Shown: positions 49,507-59,224, counted from the stretch's first letter. The stretch: DNA of 64,000 bases from Dehalococcoidia bacterium (GCA_040877915.1 JBBDNA010000013.1:13760-77759); one strand, 5' to 3'. Numbers and translations: made by a program. Notes: a model not told the origin generated them from the sequence alone.

Positions 49507-51705
49507 TCACCCCTTCTTCGGCGCGCCCTCCAGCCGCCGACCCACGGACAGTACACCGCGGATCGCCTCCAGCTTGTTCAGCATCCGCGTCAGCTGCTCG
49601 ATGCCCGTCGTCTCCAGCGTCACGAAGATCGTGATCAGGCCGTCCTCCTGCTCCTGCGTGTGTACGCCCACCATGTTCACCCGCTCCTCCGCCACCGTCG
49701 TGCTCACGTCCCGCAGCAACCCCACCCGGTCCCACGCCTCGATGCGCACCGCCACCGGGTACAGGTGCCCCCGCTGCCCCCACTCCACGTCCACCAGCCG
49801 CTCCCGCTCGTCCTCGTTGATAACGTTGCCACAGTCCGTCCGGTGCACCGTCACCCCCTCACCGCGCGTCACGTAGCCGATGATCTCGTCACCCGGCACG
49901 GGGTTGCAGCAGCGAGCCAGCCGCGTCAGCAGGTCGCCGGTCCCCAGCACGTGAATGCTCGTCGTGTAGGTGCGGCCCGGCGGCGCCTGCGCCCGCTCCA
50001 CCGCCACCTCCTCCGGCTGCAGCGGCGGCGCCAGCTTCGTCGCGATGTGGTGGGTACTGATCTCCCCGTAACCCACCCGCAGCAGGAAGTCCTCCATCTC
50101 CTCGAATCCGAACAGCTTCAGCAGATCCTTCTCCACCGACGATAGGTTTACCCCCAGCCTGTGCAGCTCCTTCTCCAGCATCTCCCGTCCCCGCGCGATG
50201 TTCTCCTCGCGCTCCAGCCGCTTGAACCAGCCCCGGATCTTCGCCCGTGCGTGGCTCGTCCGCACGTACCCCAAGCTGGCGTTCAGCCAGTCCCGCGACG
50301 GCCCCTTCGACGACTTGCTGGTCATGATCTCGACGACGTCGCCGTTCTTCAGCTCCGTGTTCAGCGATACCAGACGCGCGTTCACCCGAGCCCCCACGCA
50401 CAGGTGGCCCAGGTCCGTGTGGATCCTGTACGCGAAGTCGATGGGCGTCGCCCCCGTGGGCAGGTCCTTCACCTCACCCTTCGGCGTGAACACGAACACC
50501 TGGTCCTGGAAGATGTCCGACTTCACCGCCTCCACCAGCTCCTCCGCCTGCGCGATCTCCCGGTGCCACTCCAGCAGCTGTCGCAGCCAGGCCAGCCGCT
50601 CCTCGTAGTGCTGGTCCCGCTTGGAGCGCTCCTTGTACCGCCAGTGCGCCGCCACTCCGTACTCAGCGCTCCGGTGCATTTCGTACGTCCGGATCTGCAC
50701 CTCCAGCGGCCGAGCGTCCACGCTCATCACCGTTGTGTGCAGCGATTGGTACATGCTCTCCTTCGGGCTGGCTATGTAATCGTCGAACGTATTAGGCAGC
50801 GGCCGCCACAGCCCGTGCACCGTGCCCAGTGCGCTGTAGCAGTCCGTCACAGTGTCCACCAGGATGCGCACGGCAACCAGGTCGTATATCTCCGTCGCCC
50901 CGCGGCTGACCGCCGCATACTTTTCGATCTTCTCCGCGATGCTGTAGATGTGCTTCGCCCGGCCCTGGATCTCCGCCCGTATCCCCTGCGCCGAGAGCTC
51001 CCGCGTCAGGATATCCTTCACCCGCGCCACGTAGCGCTCCCGCGCCTCCCGTTTCGCGTCCAGCATCCCCGCTATCTGCTTGTACCGGTCCGGCTCCAGG
51101 TAGCGGAACCCCAGGTCCTCCAGCTGCCACTTCATCTCCCAGATGCCCAGCCGCGAGGCCAGCGGCGCGTAGATCTCCATCGTCTCCCGCGAGATGCGGA
51201 CCTGGTCCGGCGGCGCCAGCGCGCTCAGCGTCTGCATGTTGTGCAGCCGGTCGGCCAGCTTGATGATGACCACTCGCAGGTCCTGGGCCATGGCCAGGAA
51301 CATCTTGCGCAGGTTCTCGGCGTGGATCTGGTCGTCCCCCCGCAGCGTCTCCGTGGCCTGCCAGGGGATGCGGCCCAGCTTCGTCACGCCCTCCACAAGC
51401 TTCGCCACCTCGGCCCCGAACTTCTTGGCGATGTCGGCGTTCGTGACCCCGCAGTCCTCTTGCACGTCGTGCAGCAGCGCCGCCGCCACCGTGTCCGCGT
51501 CCAGTTGCAGCGCCGCGATCGACTGCGCCGCCGCCAGGGGGTGCGTTATTACCGGAGCGCCGGAGCGCCGCAACTGCCCCGCGTGCTGCTCCGCCGCGAA
51601 CTCGTACGCCGCCCGCACCTTCTCCACCGCCTTGGGCGGCAGGTACTCGCGCGCCTTCTCCAGCAGCGGCTCTGCTAGCTCCAGTTGCACCTGTTCGAGA
51701 GCCAT
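49507..51705 (-). CDS. rel: Bifunctional (p)ppGpp synthetase/hydrolase RelA/SpoT
   Basis: HD domain (LLHDVQED), KLADRLHNM, YQSLHT, EVQIRT, TGS and ACT domains. Confidence 0.97.
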   Translation of the reverse strand: MALEQVQLELAEPLLEKAREYLPPKAVEKVRAAYEFAAEQHAGQLRRSGAPVITHPLAAAQSIAALQLDADTVAAALLHDVQEDCGVTNADIAKKFGAEVAKLVEGVTKLGRIPWQATETLRGDDQIHAENLRKMFLAMAQDLRVVIIKLADRLHNMQTLSALAPPDQVRISRETMEIYAPLASRLGIWEMKWQLEDLGFRYLEPDRYKQIAGMLDAKREARERYVARVKDILTRELSAQGIRAEIQGRAKHIYSIAEKIEKYAAVSRGATEIYDLVAVRILVDTVTDCYSALGTVHGLWRPLPNTFDDYIASPKESMYQSLHTTVMSVDARPLEVQIRTYEMHRSAEYGVAAHWRYKERSKRDQHYEERLAWLRQLLEWHREIAQAEELVEAVKSDIFQDQVFVFTPKGEVKDLPTGATPIDFAYRIHTDLGHLCVGARVNARLVSLNTELKNGDVVEIMTSKSSKGPSRDWLNASLGYVRTSHARAKIRGWFKRLEREENIARGREMLEKELHRLGVNLSSVEKDLLKLFGFEEMEDFLLRVGYGEISTHHIATKLAPPLQPEEVAVERAQAPPGRTYTTSIHVLGTGDLLTRLARCCNPVPGDEIIGYVTRGEGVTVHRTDCGNVINEDERERLVDVEWGQRGHLYPVAVRIEAWDRVGLLRDVSTTVAEERVNMVGVHTQEQEDGLITIFVTLETTGIEQLTRMLNKLEAIRGVLSVGRRLEGAPKKG

Positions 51706-51788
51706 GTTTTCACGCCAAGTTTAGCACCTCCTCCCCAGCTTTGCGCGTAGCGATGCCCTTCCTGTATGCTCGCCCAAGCGAGGAACCA

Positions 51789-53051
51789 ATGGCCAAGCAG
51801 TACAGGGCCCCCAGGGGCACCACAGACGTCCTCCCCCAGGACCAGCCCTACTGGGACCGCATCCGCGAGGCCGCCGCTCGCACATCCGCCCTCTTCGGCT
51901 ACGGACGCATCGAGATGCCGCTGTTCGAAGAGGCCGGCCTGTTCGCCCGCACCACCGGCGAGGCCACCGACATCGTCCAGAAGGAGATGTACGTCTTCGA
52001 GGACCGCGGCGGCCTTCAGCTCGCCCTCCGCCCTGAGGGCACACCCTCCGTCTGCCGCGCCTACCTGGAGCACGGCATGAGCAACCTGCCCCAGCCCGTC
52101 CGCCTCTGGTACTGGGGCTCCACCTTCCGCTACGACCGGCCCCAGGCCGGACGCTACCGCCAGTTCACCCAGTTCGGCTGCGAGGTCATCGGGGAACCCG
52201 ACGCCTCCGTCGACGCCGAGGTTATCGAGCTGCTGGTCCGCCTCTACGAGGACCTCGGTATCGGCGACCTCACCCTCTACCTCAACAGCATCGGCGACGG
52301 CGCCTGCCGTCCCGCCTACATCGAGGCCCTCCGCGCCTACTACGCCGGCAAACTCGATCGCGTCTGCGACGACTGCCGCGCCCGCTACGACCGCAACCCC
52401 CTCCGACTCCTCGACTGCAAGGTGGAGCGTTGCCAGCCCATCATCGCCGAAGCTCCCGCGGTCACCGACCACCTATGCGACCCCTGCGCCGGGCAGTTCG
52501 CCCGTCTCCAGGCCCTCCTCTCGGAGGTCGGCGTCGAATACGTCCACAACCCCCGCCTCGTCCGCGGGCTGGACTACTACACCCGCGCCGTCTTCGAGTT
52601 CCAGCCGAAGGACGAAGGCGCCCAGAGCACCGTGGGCGCCGGCGGCCGCTACGACGGCCTCATCGAGCTGCTGGGCGGCCGGCCCACCCCCGGCACCGGC
52701 TTCGCCACCGGCATCGAGCGCATCATCGCCAACATGAAACGTCTGGACCTTCCCGCCAACGACCCCCCGCGCCCCCGCGTCTACGTCGCCGTCCAGACCG
52801 ACGCCGCGCGCGCCGCCGCCTTCCGCCTCGCCTCCGACCTCCGACGTCAGGGCATCGCCGCCGTCGTCGCCTCCGGCGGACGCTCCCTCAAGGCCCAGAT
52901 GCGCCACGCCGACGCCCTCGGCGCCGAGTACGCCGCCATCATCGGCGAACGCGAGCTCGCCGACGCTACCGTCACCTCCCGCCGCCTCGCCGACGGCCAC
53001 CAGGAGACCGTCCCGATGGTGGACGCCGTGGCCCGGCTGACGCTGGACTAG
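51789..53051 (+). CDS. hisS: Histidine--tRNA ligase
   Basis: LRPEGT, RPQAGRYRQF, RGLDYY, GGRYDGL. Confidence 0.98.
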   Translation: MAKQYRAPRGTTDVLPQDQPYWDRIREAAARTSALFGYGRIEMPLFEEAGLFARTTGEATDIVQKEMYVFEDRGGLQLALRPEGTPSVCRAYLEHGMSNLPQPVRLWYWGSTFRYDRPQAGRYRQFTQFGCEVIGEPDASVDAEVIELLVRLYEDLGIGDLTLYLNSIGDGACRPAYIEALRAYYAGKLDRVCDDCRARYDRNPLRLLDCKVERCQPIIAEAPAVTDHLCDPCAGQFARLQALLSEVGVEYVHNPRLVRGLDYYTRAVFEFQPKDEGAQSTVGAGGRYDGLIELLGGRPTPGTGFATGIERIIANMKRLDLPANDPPRPRVYVAVQTDAARAAAFRLASDLRRQGIAAVVASGGRSLKAQMRHADALGAEYAAIIGERELADATVTSRRLADGHQETVPMVDAVARLTLD

Positions 53052-53216
53052 CGGGGGACTAGCGCGGGACTCGGCCGTCGGTGGGTGTTGGTGCGGCTAA
53101 TCTCAGACTAAACCCACAGACGCGTGGCGCATTTCAGTAGCAATGCGAACTTATGTTGTTGACCTTGTTTAGGCCGCATGCTATCATGGCACAAAATTAT
53201 TCCGAGGAGATGCCGC

Positions 53217-53924
53217 ATGCCGCCCAAAGCAATATTTCCAGCGTTTCCGGTGAACGAGGCGAGGAAGCTGGCTGACGTTATCGCCCAAAAGAACGCGGGG
53301 CAGCCCATGCGCCGCCTTGACGTCTTTCATGAACTTGGGAAGTCTCCAACGAGTGGTCCCAGCCGACAACTTGTAACGGCCTCGGGGGCATATGGCTTCA
53401 CGACGGGGAGTTACAACGCTGACAAGCTTGCGCTGACCGCCCTCGGCCGCAAGTTGGCTGTCGACGGGGACGCCGCAGGTATGATAGATGCGGTGCTGAA
53501 CGTTGACGTATTCAAGCGGTTCTTCGAGAAGTACAAGAACAACATGGTTCCAGCGGAAGTTGCTGCGAAGAGCTTCTTCGCAGACGAGGGGGTCCCTGCT
53601 GAGCGCACCCACGTGTGTTGGGAACTCGCCCTTGCCAATGGTCGCGCGACAGGATTGATTGAGAACGTTTCAGGTAGCGAACGTATCCTCACGCCCGATC
53701 ACGCTCTCGAGAAGAAGATGTCTGGGCCTCCAGCGGGTGCGAAAGAGAAAAGAAGCGAGCGGAACGCGCCGTCGTCAAAGGATGGTTCCAAGGAGGCAGA
53801 CCAGCCTCCCCAGCCGTCCTTTCACGTTGACATACAAATCCATATCGACTCCAGCGCCTCGGCGGAACAGATCGAGCAGGTCTTCGCCAGCATGGCTCGG
53901 CATATCTACCGGCGTGAGGGATGA
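53217..53924 (+). CDS. Lower-GC hypothetical protein (predicted wHTH-like N-terminus, PSFHVDIQIHI C-terminal domain)
   Basis: SD GAGGAG; coupled by ATGA to the next gene. Confidence 0.75.
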   Translation: MPPKAIFPAFPVNEARKLADVIAQKNAGQPMRRLDVFHELGKSPTSGPSRQLVTASGAYGFTTGSYNADKLALTALGRKLAVDGDAAGMIDAVLNVDVFKRFFEKYKNNMVPAEVAAKSFFADEGVPAERTHVCWELALANGRATGLIENVSGSERILTPDHALEKKMSGPPAGAKEKRSERNAPSSKDGSKEADQPPQPSFHVDIQIHIDSSASAEQIEQVFASMARHIYRREG

Positions 53925-54460
53925 GGAGTATCCCTGGGATCGAGGTCGGCACTGCAGCCGTCCAAGGGATTAGGGCCGCCGTTGTTGGCGTCGGTCTTCA
54001 CCGATCGCGCTCTGACGTTCCCGATACCCTCCAACTTGGGCCCATGCACCTATACGACGAGCTGATCACTGAGAGTGGGCTTCGAGAGGTTAGCCGCAGC
54101 CTGTTCGAAGATGGTCATTTCGCCCGCGCCGTGGAAGAAGCCTATAAGTTCCTAAACAACGAGGTGAAAAGGAGAGCTGGTTCAAATAAGGACGGTCCGG
54201 ACCTGATGCATCACGCTTTCAGTGAGGAAAAACCACTGCTAAAGCTGAACGCTCTACGGTCTACCTCAGAGAGAGACGAGCAGGCCGGCTACAGGTTCAT
54301 GTTCGCTGGTAGCATGTCGGGCGTTAGAAATCCGCGTGCGCACGAGCACGATCTTCGGGATCGGCGGGACGCAGCCCTAGAGCTGCTTGTGGCGGCGAAT
54401 CACTTACTCAGGATCCTGGGCAAGGCCAAGCGTGCCCGTCCGAGACGCGGCGGAGCCTGA
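53921..54460 (+). CDS. TIGR02391 (Ymh)-like protein with HEPN-type RxxxxH motif
   Basis: LF-DGHF-AVEEA-K, DG-DLM-AFS, S-RDEQ-G-MF-G-RNPRAHE. Confidence 0.85.
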   Translation: MRSIPGIEVGTAAVQGIRAAVVGVGLHRSRSDVPDTLQLGPMHLYDELITESGLREVSRSLFEDGHFARAVEEAYKFLNNEVKRRAGSNKDGPDLMHHAFSEEKPLLKLNALRSTSERDEQAGYRFMFAGSMSGVRNPRAHEHDLRDRRDAALELLVAANHLLRILGKAKRARPRRGGA

Positions 54461-54574
54461 TACGCTTCGCTTCGTGCTATAATCCTATCGGCCCCCATCC
54501 GGGGGCTTCCGCACGTAATGCGCCAGCCTTCCCCGACGGGCCCGTCCGGGCAGGCTGGGGTGGAGCGAACAGCC

Positions 54575-55648
54575 ATGTTCGATAAACTCGCCGCAATCCA
54601 GGCCCGATACGAAGAGCTAGAGCGCGAGATGGCCTCTCCCGAGGTCGTCGGCGACTTCGATCGCCTCCAGGCCCTCGCCCGCGAGCACTCCTCGCTCGAG
54701 GACACCGTCGCCATGTACCGCGAGCACCAGCGCCTGACGAAGGCCATCGAGGAGGCCCGCGCCATCGTCGCCGAGGGTGGCGACGATGAGTTCGTATCCC
54801 TCGCCCGCGACGAGATCGCCGAAAGCCAGTCCCGCATCGAGGAGCTGGAGGAGAAGCTGCGACTCGCCCTCGTCCCCAAAGACCCCTTCGCCGACAAAGA
54901 CGTCATCGTCGAGATCCGCGCCGCCGCCGGCGGCGACGAGGCGTCTCTGTTCGCCGGCGACCTCTACCGCATGTACACCCGCTACGCCGAGCGCCGCGGC
55001 TGGAGCGTTGAGCTCCTCAACTCCCACGAAAGCGATCTCGGCGGCTTCAAGGAGATCGTCTTCGAACTCCACGGCAAGGGCGCCTACTCCCGGCTCAAGT
55101 TCGAAAGCGGCGTCCACCGCGTCCAGCGCGTCCCCGTCACCGAGGCCTCCGGCCGCATCCACACCTCTACCGCCACCGTCGCCGTCCTCCCCGAGGCCGA
55201 CGACGTCGACGTCAAGATCGACGACAAGGACCTCCGTATCGACATCTTCAACGCCAGCGGCCACGGCGGCCAGAGCGTCCAGAAGAACGCCACCGCCATC
55301 CGTATCACCCACCTCCGCACCGGCATCGTCGCCGTCTGCCAGGACGAGCGCTCCCAGCTCAAGAACCGCAACAAGGCCATGGCCGTCCTCCGCGCCCGCC
55401 TCCTCGACCTCGAGCAGCGCAAGGCCCGCGAAGAGTTGGACTCCACCCGCCGCTCGCAGGTCGGCTCCGGCGAGCGCGCCGAGAAGATCCGCACCTACAA
55501 CGTCCCCCAGGACCGCGTCACCGACCACCGCATCGGCTACACCCGCCACAACCTCCCCTCCCTCCTGGACGGTGACATCGACGACATCATCGACGCCCTC
55601 CGGGAGGACGAGCAGTCCCGCGGCCTTCAGGATGGCGAAGCCGCGTAG
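54575..55648 (+). CDS. prfA: Peptide chain release factor 1
   Basis: HRVQRVPVTE (PxT), GGQ, RTYN-PQ-RVTDHRI. Confidence 0.97.
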   Translation: MFDKLAAIQARYEELEREMASPEVVGDFDRLQALAREHSSLEDTVAMYREHQRLTKAIEEARAIVAEGGDDEFVSLARDEIAESQSRIEELEEKLRLALVPKDPFADKDVIVEIRAAAGGDEASLFAGDLYRMYTRYAERRGWSVELLNSHESDLGGFKEIVFELHGKGAYSRLKFESGVHRVQRVPVTEASGRIHTSTATVAVLPEADDVDVKIDDKDLRIDIFNASGHGGQSVQKNATAIRITHLRTGIVAVCQDERSQLKNRNKAMAVLRARLLDLEQRKAREELDSTRRSQVGSGERAEKIRTYNVPQDRVTDHRIGYTRHNLPSLLDGDIDDIIDALREDEQSRGLQDGEAA

Positions 55649-55703
55649 GGGTGGCCTTTAGGTCGCCCGCCCCGGGTGCCCTGAGCGCCTCGAACCACGC
55701 GCC

Positions 55704-56654
55704 ATGGTCCGTCATTCTGAGCGATTCCGAGGTACCTTCGAGAAGCGCATGATATCTCTGAGCGAAGAATCTCGGCGAATCGCAGATCACCCCGCCCGGA
55801 GTGAGGGCCATCCCACCATCCGCCAGACCCTCCGCGACGCCGCCGACGCCCTCGCCGCCATCGGCTCGGATGAAGCCACCCTCGAGGCCGAGCTCCTCCT
55901 CGCCCACGCCCTCCACACGGACCGCGCCCACCTCTACCAGCGCCTCGCCGAGGATCTGGCCGAGGAGGCCGCCCGCGCCTTCGACGCCCTCCTCGCCCGG
56001 CGCCTCGTGCGCGAGCCCACCGCCTACATCCTGGGCCGCCGCGAGTTCTACGGCCTCGAACTTGAAGTTATCCCCGCCGCCATCATCCCCCGCCCCGACA
56101 CCGAGACCCTCGTCGACCTCGTCCTCGATTTCGCCCGTGGGCGCGGCGCCGTCTCCATCGCCGACGTCGGCACTGGCTCCGGCGCCATCGCCATCGCTCT
56201 GGCCGTCAACCTCCCGCAAGCCGAGATCACCGCCATCGACGTCTCCCCGGACGCCCTCGCCCTCGCCCGCCGCAACGCCCAGCGCCACGGCGTCGCCGAA
56301 CGCATCCGCTTCCTGGAGGGCGACCTGCTCGCCCCACTGGACGGTCGGGCCGACGTCATCGCCGCCAACCTCCCCTACGTCCCCAGCGCCGAGCTCCAGG
56401 CCGGTCCGCCCGAGATCCGCGAGCACGAGCCCCGCCTCGGTCTGGACGGCGGCCCCGACGGCCTCCGCCTCATCGAGCGCCTCGTCCGGCAGACCCCCGC
56501 CCGCCTCCGCCCCGGCGGCGCCCTGTTCGCCGAGATCGGCGACACCCAGGGCCCCGCCGTCCTCGCCCTCGCCCGCGCGGCCTTCCCCGCCGCCCGCGCC
56601 GAAGTTGCGCGAGACCTTGCCGGCCTCGACCGCGTCCTCGTCGTCGGCCTGTAG
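55704..56654 (+). CDS. prmC: Release factor glutamine methyltransferase (start uncertain)
   Basis: EP-AYILG-REFYG, IPRPDTE, DVGTGSG, ANLPY, LDGG-DGL; follows prfA. Confidence 0.93.
   Translation: MVRHSERFRGTFEKRMISLSEESRRIADHPARSEGHPTIRQTLRDAADALAAIGSDEATLEAELLLAHALHTDRAHLYQRLAEDLAEEAARAFDALLARRLVREPTAYILGRREFYGLELEVIPAAIIPRPDTETLVDLVLDFARGRGAVSIADVGTGSGAIAIALAVNLPQAEITAIDVSPDALALARRNAQRHGVAERIRFLEGDLLAPLDGRADVIAANLPYVPSAELQAGPPEIREHEPRLGLDGGPDGLRLIERLVRQTPARLRPGGALFAEIGDTQGPAVLALARAAFPAARAEVARDLAGLDRVLVVGL
55710..55776 (+). repeat. Family-A repeat, subfamily 2
   Basis: GTCATTCTGAGCGA-33 nt-CTGAGCGAAGAATCTCGGC. Confidence 0.85.
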
Positions 56655-56666
56655 CCCCACCTCAAC

Positions 56667-56733
56667 TGTCATTCTGAGCGATTCCGGACCACATCCGATG
56701 TTGGTGCAGCAGTACTGAGCGAAGAATCTCGGC
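56667..56733 (+). repeat. Family-A repeat, subfamily 2
   Basis: TGTCATTCTGAGCGA-33 nt-CTGAGCGAAGAATCTCGGC. Confidence 0.85.
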
Positions 56734-56767
56734 GCTCCCACAGACTACGCGGGCCTCTGCCACATCC

Positions 56768-56932
56768 CACCTCCTGCCGCGCTACCAGAAGTTCTACCGC
56801 GGCGCCTACGCCCCCGAGTACTACACCCGGCAGGTCATCGACAAGGTGAACGAGCTGCGCGACAAGTGGGGCCTCACCGCCCCCCGTCTCGCCGACCGGC
56901 CTCGCGCCGGCCAGCTACGTCTGGCGATGTGA
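56768..56932 (+). pseudogene. Orphan 3' gene fragment, resembling the C-terminus of a Rv2578c/SplB-like radical SAM protein
   Basis: HLLPRYQKFYRGAYAPEYY...LRDKWGL...GQLRLAM*; host-like codons, no start codon. Confidence 0.55.
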
Positions 56933-57989
56933 TCTCGGCGGGCGCGCCAGCGCCAGCACGAACCCGACGACGGTGACGGCGGTGAAAAACAGCACGGCCA
57001 TCCGCAGCAAGCGGGGGCGCGGGGGTGTCCCCCGCGTAGCCCGGCATGGCCTAGAACGTGGCGGCTAGTTGGGCTCCCATGCCGCCGAATAGAAGTAGGA
57101 CGCCTGTACCGAACACTGCGGCGCGTAGGCGATCCGGGCCTGCGAGCAGCTTATGGGCGAGTTGTGCGACGAATCGTGCGACGGCGTAAGACGCAACCAT
57201 ACTGCCTACAGTAGCCAAGGTAATTGGAAGACTCGGCGCGGCCAGCACCCGACCAGCAATTCGAGCGGTCCTACCACCCAACAAAGTCACAGCGTACCCA
57301 AGCGGCAGCATCAAACCGCTTACTCCTATGACTACGATCAAGGGCACGGCCGCTAGCGGCCCCCACAGCAGTGAAATGGCAATCGTAATTGCAGTAGTCA
57401 ACAAAATGATACCCACGAACTCGGCAAGTCGGGCGGGCCATCCGCCCTTTGACCAGTCGGGTGCGAGATATGGAAGAAACCGGCCGACAATGTAGCGCTC
57501 TGACACGGGGGCTGATCCGGCTGCTGGCGCAAGCAGGCGCTCCAAGCGCTTCTCAGCGTTGAAGATCCTCTCAATGCCTATGATTTCGGGTGCGATCAAG
57601 AGAAACGAAATGGCTTCCGCTATTATGCCGCCCCGGTTGGCCCACTCGGCGTCCATGGGCCGGATGGTAGGGGCGCCCGTGCCAGTAGGTCAATACAGCG
57701 GTAGCGCTTGCCGTACCTTGGGCGGTGAGGCGGGGCCACGGAACGCCGCGCGCGGCGCGAGGAACAGCTCGAAGAACGTCCTATCGTCGCCGAACCGATG
57801 GTGAACCCTCCCCAGCGGACAGTCGCCCCCGTTCGCCGCGAGGACCGCGCCCTCCACCAGCAGCGCCCCGCTCGCCGCTACGAGAATCGGGCCGCGCTTG
57901 CGCGCCAGGGCCGCGTAGTACACGTACGACAGGCAGCTGAGGAAGAAGACCGAGAACAGTGAGTGGAGGGCCCGGACGGCCAGTACCAT
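56915..57989 (-). pseudogene. Small membrane protein gene split by an insertion (5' part about 57745-57989, 3' part 56915-57004)
   Basis: ...NGGDCPL...FFELFLAPRAA // RMAVLFFTAVTVVGFVLALARP. Confidence 0.55.
57051..57656 (-). CDS. Lower-GC membrane protein with its own promoter
   Basis: 201 aa multi-TM; TTGACC-18-TACCAT just upstream of ATG. Confidence 0.7.
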   Translation of the reverse strand: MDAEWANRGGIIAEAISFLLIAPEIIGIERIFNAEKRLERLLAPAAGSAPVSERYIVGRFLPYLAPDWSKGGWPARLAEFVGIILLTTAITIAISLLWGPLAAVPLIVVIGVSGLMLPLGYAVTLLGGRTARIAGRVLAAPSLPITLATVGSMVASYAVARFVAQLAHKLLAGPDRLRAAVFGTGVLLLFGGMGAQLAATF

Positions 57990-58012
57990 GCCCGGGCGCG
58001 CGGGCTCAGAGC

Positions 58013-58405
58013 CTACGACCAGAACGCGTCGGTTTTCTGCGCGTCCTCGCTGAACGACCAGAACTCCGTGACCTTCCCGTCCTTCATGTGGTACACGTCG
58101 ACGTCGGCGGAGTCCAGCGTCCGGCCCTCGCGGCTCCCCTTCGCCCGCGTCAGCGATACGGTGTGGTCGTCGTTCGCCACCACATCGTGCACCTCTATAT
58201 TGAACGAGCCGCCGGTCAGCTCAACCGTCTTCGCGAATATCGCGAACACTGCGTCGCGGCCCTTATGCGTTCCTGCCAGCTGGTTGTTGCCGGACGCGTG
58301 CCACACCACGTCCTCCGCAAACAGGTTCGTCAGCGTCGCCATATCGCCCTTGGCGAACGCGGCGTAGCCGTCCTTCAGCAGCTTGGCGTTGGGATGATCA
58401 GCCAT
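58013..58405 (-). CDS. SnoaL/NTF2-like protein
   Basis: YAAFAKGD...LFAEDVVWH-G...DGKVTEFW; SD AAGGAGG. Confidence 0.9.
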   Translation of the reverse strand: MADHPNAKLLKDGYAAFAKGDMATLTNLFAEDVVWHASGNNQLAGTHKGRDAVFAIFAKTVELTGGSFNIEVHDVVANDDHTVSLTRAKGSREGRTLDSADVDVYHMKDGKVTEFWSFSEDAQKTDAFWS

Positions 58406-58559
58406 AGCGGGGCCTCCTTCTTGTTTCGGGTGGATACTGATGCGATAAGCTTAGCGACTCGCGGAAGCGCCTGTCTACGGCTCGTGCCCCTCGCCCGCTC
58501 GCTCTAACCGCTATCTAACCGCGGCCCCCGGTCTCATCGTGGGGGAAGAGCCTCGTCGC

Positions 58560-58747
58560 CTACCGCGACAGCTGGTAGACCTTCCCCTCGGTCTTTATCG
58601 ACGGCGCCACTGATGTCATTCTGAGCGTCGACGACGGTCGCTTGAGGCATCGAGGATTGCCGCGAAGGAATCTGGGGTGGGGAAGACTCGCGCGACGGGA
58701 ACGAAGGGCGCCTAGCGGGACAGCTGGTAGACCTTGCCCTCGGTCTT
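58560..58747 (-). repeat. Twice-repeated 36-bp gene 3' end (KTEGKVYQLSR*), att-like, flanking a family-A repeat (58614-58682)
   Basis: 58560-58595 vs 58712-58747: 33/36 identical, all three differences synonymous. Confidence 0.8.
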
Positions 58748-58873
58748 ATGAAAGGAAAAAGGTCGCGTTCCGTGCGGTGGTAGCGGCGTGAGGCCCATGA
58801 CGTTCACCCTTGCCGCCGCCAGCGCCGCGCCGAGCGCTACACCCGCTGAGCACGTCCCTGGGAGGCGCTGGCT

Positions 58874-59224
58874 GTGAAACCTACCCAACCCCCCGCCGAA
58901 GGCTCTGGCGACCCCAGATTTATCCCCACGAAGCCTCGACGCGCCCTGGGCAAGAAAGCGGCGGATAGGCGGTACGCCGAGATGCTGGACGGCCATGATC
59001 TGCCCGCCTGGAAGCGCCGGATGCTCCGTGTCGTGGCGAGGAAGATGGTTCACGCCGAGAACCTCAGCAACGCCCTCTTCTACGAGGGCGAGCTTCGCCA
59101 GGACGGCGAGCCGAAGATGGCGCTGGCCAAGCTCCATGACCTCACCAAAGAGGTGCGGGCAGACCTGGCATTCATCTTCGAGGGCGAGACCGATGATCCC
59201 TTCGCAGACCTCCACGGACGTTGA
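58874..59224 (+). CDS. Hypothetical protein, candidate terminase small subunit
   Basis: 116 aa helical protein directly upstream of and overlapping terL; C-terminal DDPFA; SD GGAGG. Confidence 0.5.
   Translation: MKPTQPPAEGSGDPRFIPTKPRRALGKKAADRRYAEMLDGHDLPAWKRRMLRVVARKMVHAENLSNALFYEGELRQDGEPKMALAKLHDLTKEVRADLAFIFEGETDDPFADLHGR

Noticed and set aside
53045-53076. GGACTAGCG tandem at the hisS stop as an att site
   Set aside because: Too short, and no matching copy at the far side of the insert near 54460.
54575-55648. Programmed frameshift as in prfB
   Set aside because: Continuous ORF with the PVT motif, so this is RF1.
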